Positions 63,601 to 64,000 of a DNA stretch of 64,000 nt are shown one piece after another (within the stretch, counting starts at the first letter, position 1; every line of letters starts with the position of its first letter). The translations under genes and the position numbers were made by a program. This DNA comes from a virus (taxonomy: Duplodnaviria; Caudoviricetes): positions 1-64,000 of IMG/VR virus record IMGVR_UViG_3300021957_000014; one strand, written 5' to 3'. Under the pieces are notes generated by a model, which did not search any database, was not told the origin of the DNA, and saw only the letters and a list, made by a program, of their open reading frames with translations.

Positions 63601-64000
63601 TTACGTCTGAGCGTAATGTATATTTCCAGCTACCGATATCCTTTCACCTTGTGGGTCATGGAATGGGTAGACGGAATGATTCAACCACGATGGGAAGATT
63701 AGTATATCTCCTTTCTCGGGGTAATGATGCATGGAAGTCCAGTTCATAAACTGAGTCTCTCCATAATGCAAGTCTATATGACCCGCAAGTGCTTTTGATT
63801 CACTAGTTATATTTCTGTCGAACATATTGTCCGTAGCATCTTCTCTAGTGATTGTGTTTTTGGTATAGAATACAAAACTAAACATACCATCATGTGCATG
63901 GATAGGATTGTATTCAAATTCTTTCTGAAGGTTAACCCAAAGGCCCTCTATTTGCAGCTGTTCTGTATAGATTTCCATACCAATACTCTGGGCCCATGTC
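63601..64000 (-). CDS. 2OG-Fe(II) oxygenase (TIGR02466-like), 5' end beyond the window
   Basis: WVN, NP.H.H, SFVFY, P..G...IFPSWL.HSVYP, RISVAGN; frame is open to the window edge. Confidence 0.85.
   Translation of the reverse strand, partial: TWAQSIGMEIYTEQLQIEGLWVNLQKEFEYNPIHAHDGMFSFVFYTKNTITREDATDNMFDRNITSESKALAGHIDLHYGETQFMNWTSMHHYPEKGDILIFPSWLNHSVYPFHDPQGERISVAGNIHYAQT

Overview
64 kb of an AT-rich, marine-type T4-like myovirus genome; most genes are on the minus strand. The host is inferred to be a Gram-negative proteobacterium from kdsB, a TorF/Gcw-type porin and sigma70 promoters. Order: fibre/adhesin cluster (1-11 kb); baseplate and tail module (DUF4815/VrlC, gp8, gp7, gp6, gp25, gp5, gp27, gp53, gp48, gp4, gp2, gp54, gp26, gp51, tape measure; 11-39 kb) with a HAD/kdsB insert; ribosomal protein bS21; replication and transcription genes (gp32, gp59, gp33, exonuclease, denV-like, rnh); many small early genes behind sigma70-like promoters; and a modification/auxiliary set (radical SAM-SPASM, SDR, RimK fusion, IscA, split carbamoyltransferase, three 2OG-Fe(II) oxygenases, GT-like protein, porin, tRNA-Ala). 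Top finding: two adjacent repeat proteins (7585-9315 and 6401-7585) are built from the same five Pro-delimited modules, and one module string is the exact reverse complement of the other over 34 consecutive modules (I pairs with Y, G with J, V with V). This suggests a sequence-coded antiparallel heterodimeric beta-zipper fibre, a protein analogue of base pairing. Other leads: a perfect -1 slippery site that would fuse gp26 and gp51 just upstream of the tape measure, systematic leaderless genes, and several structured intergenic RNAs, two of which share a motif. All calls come from reading the sequence; no searches were run.
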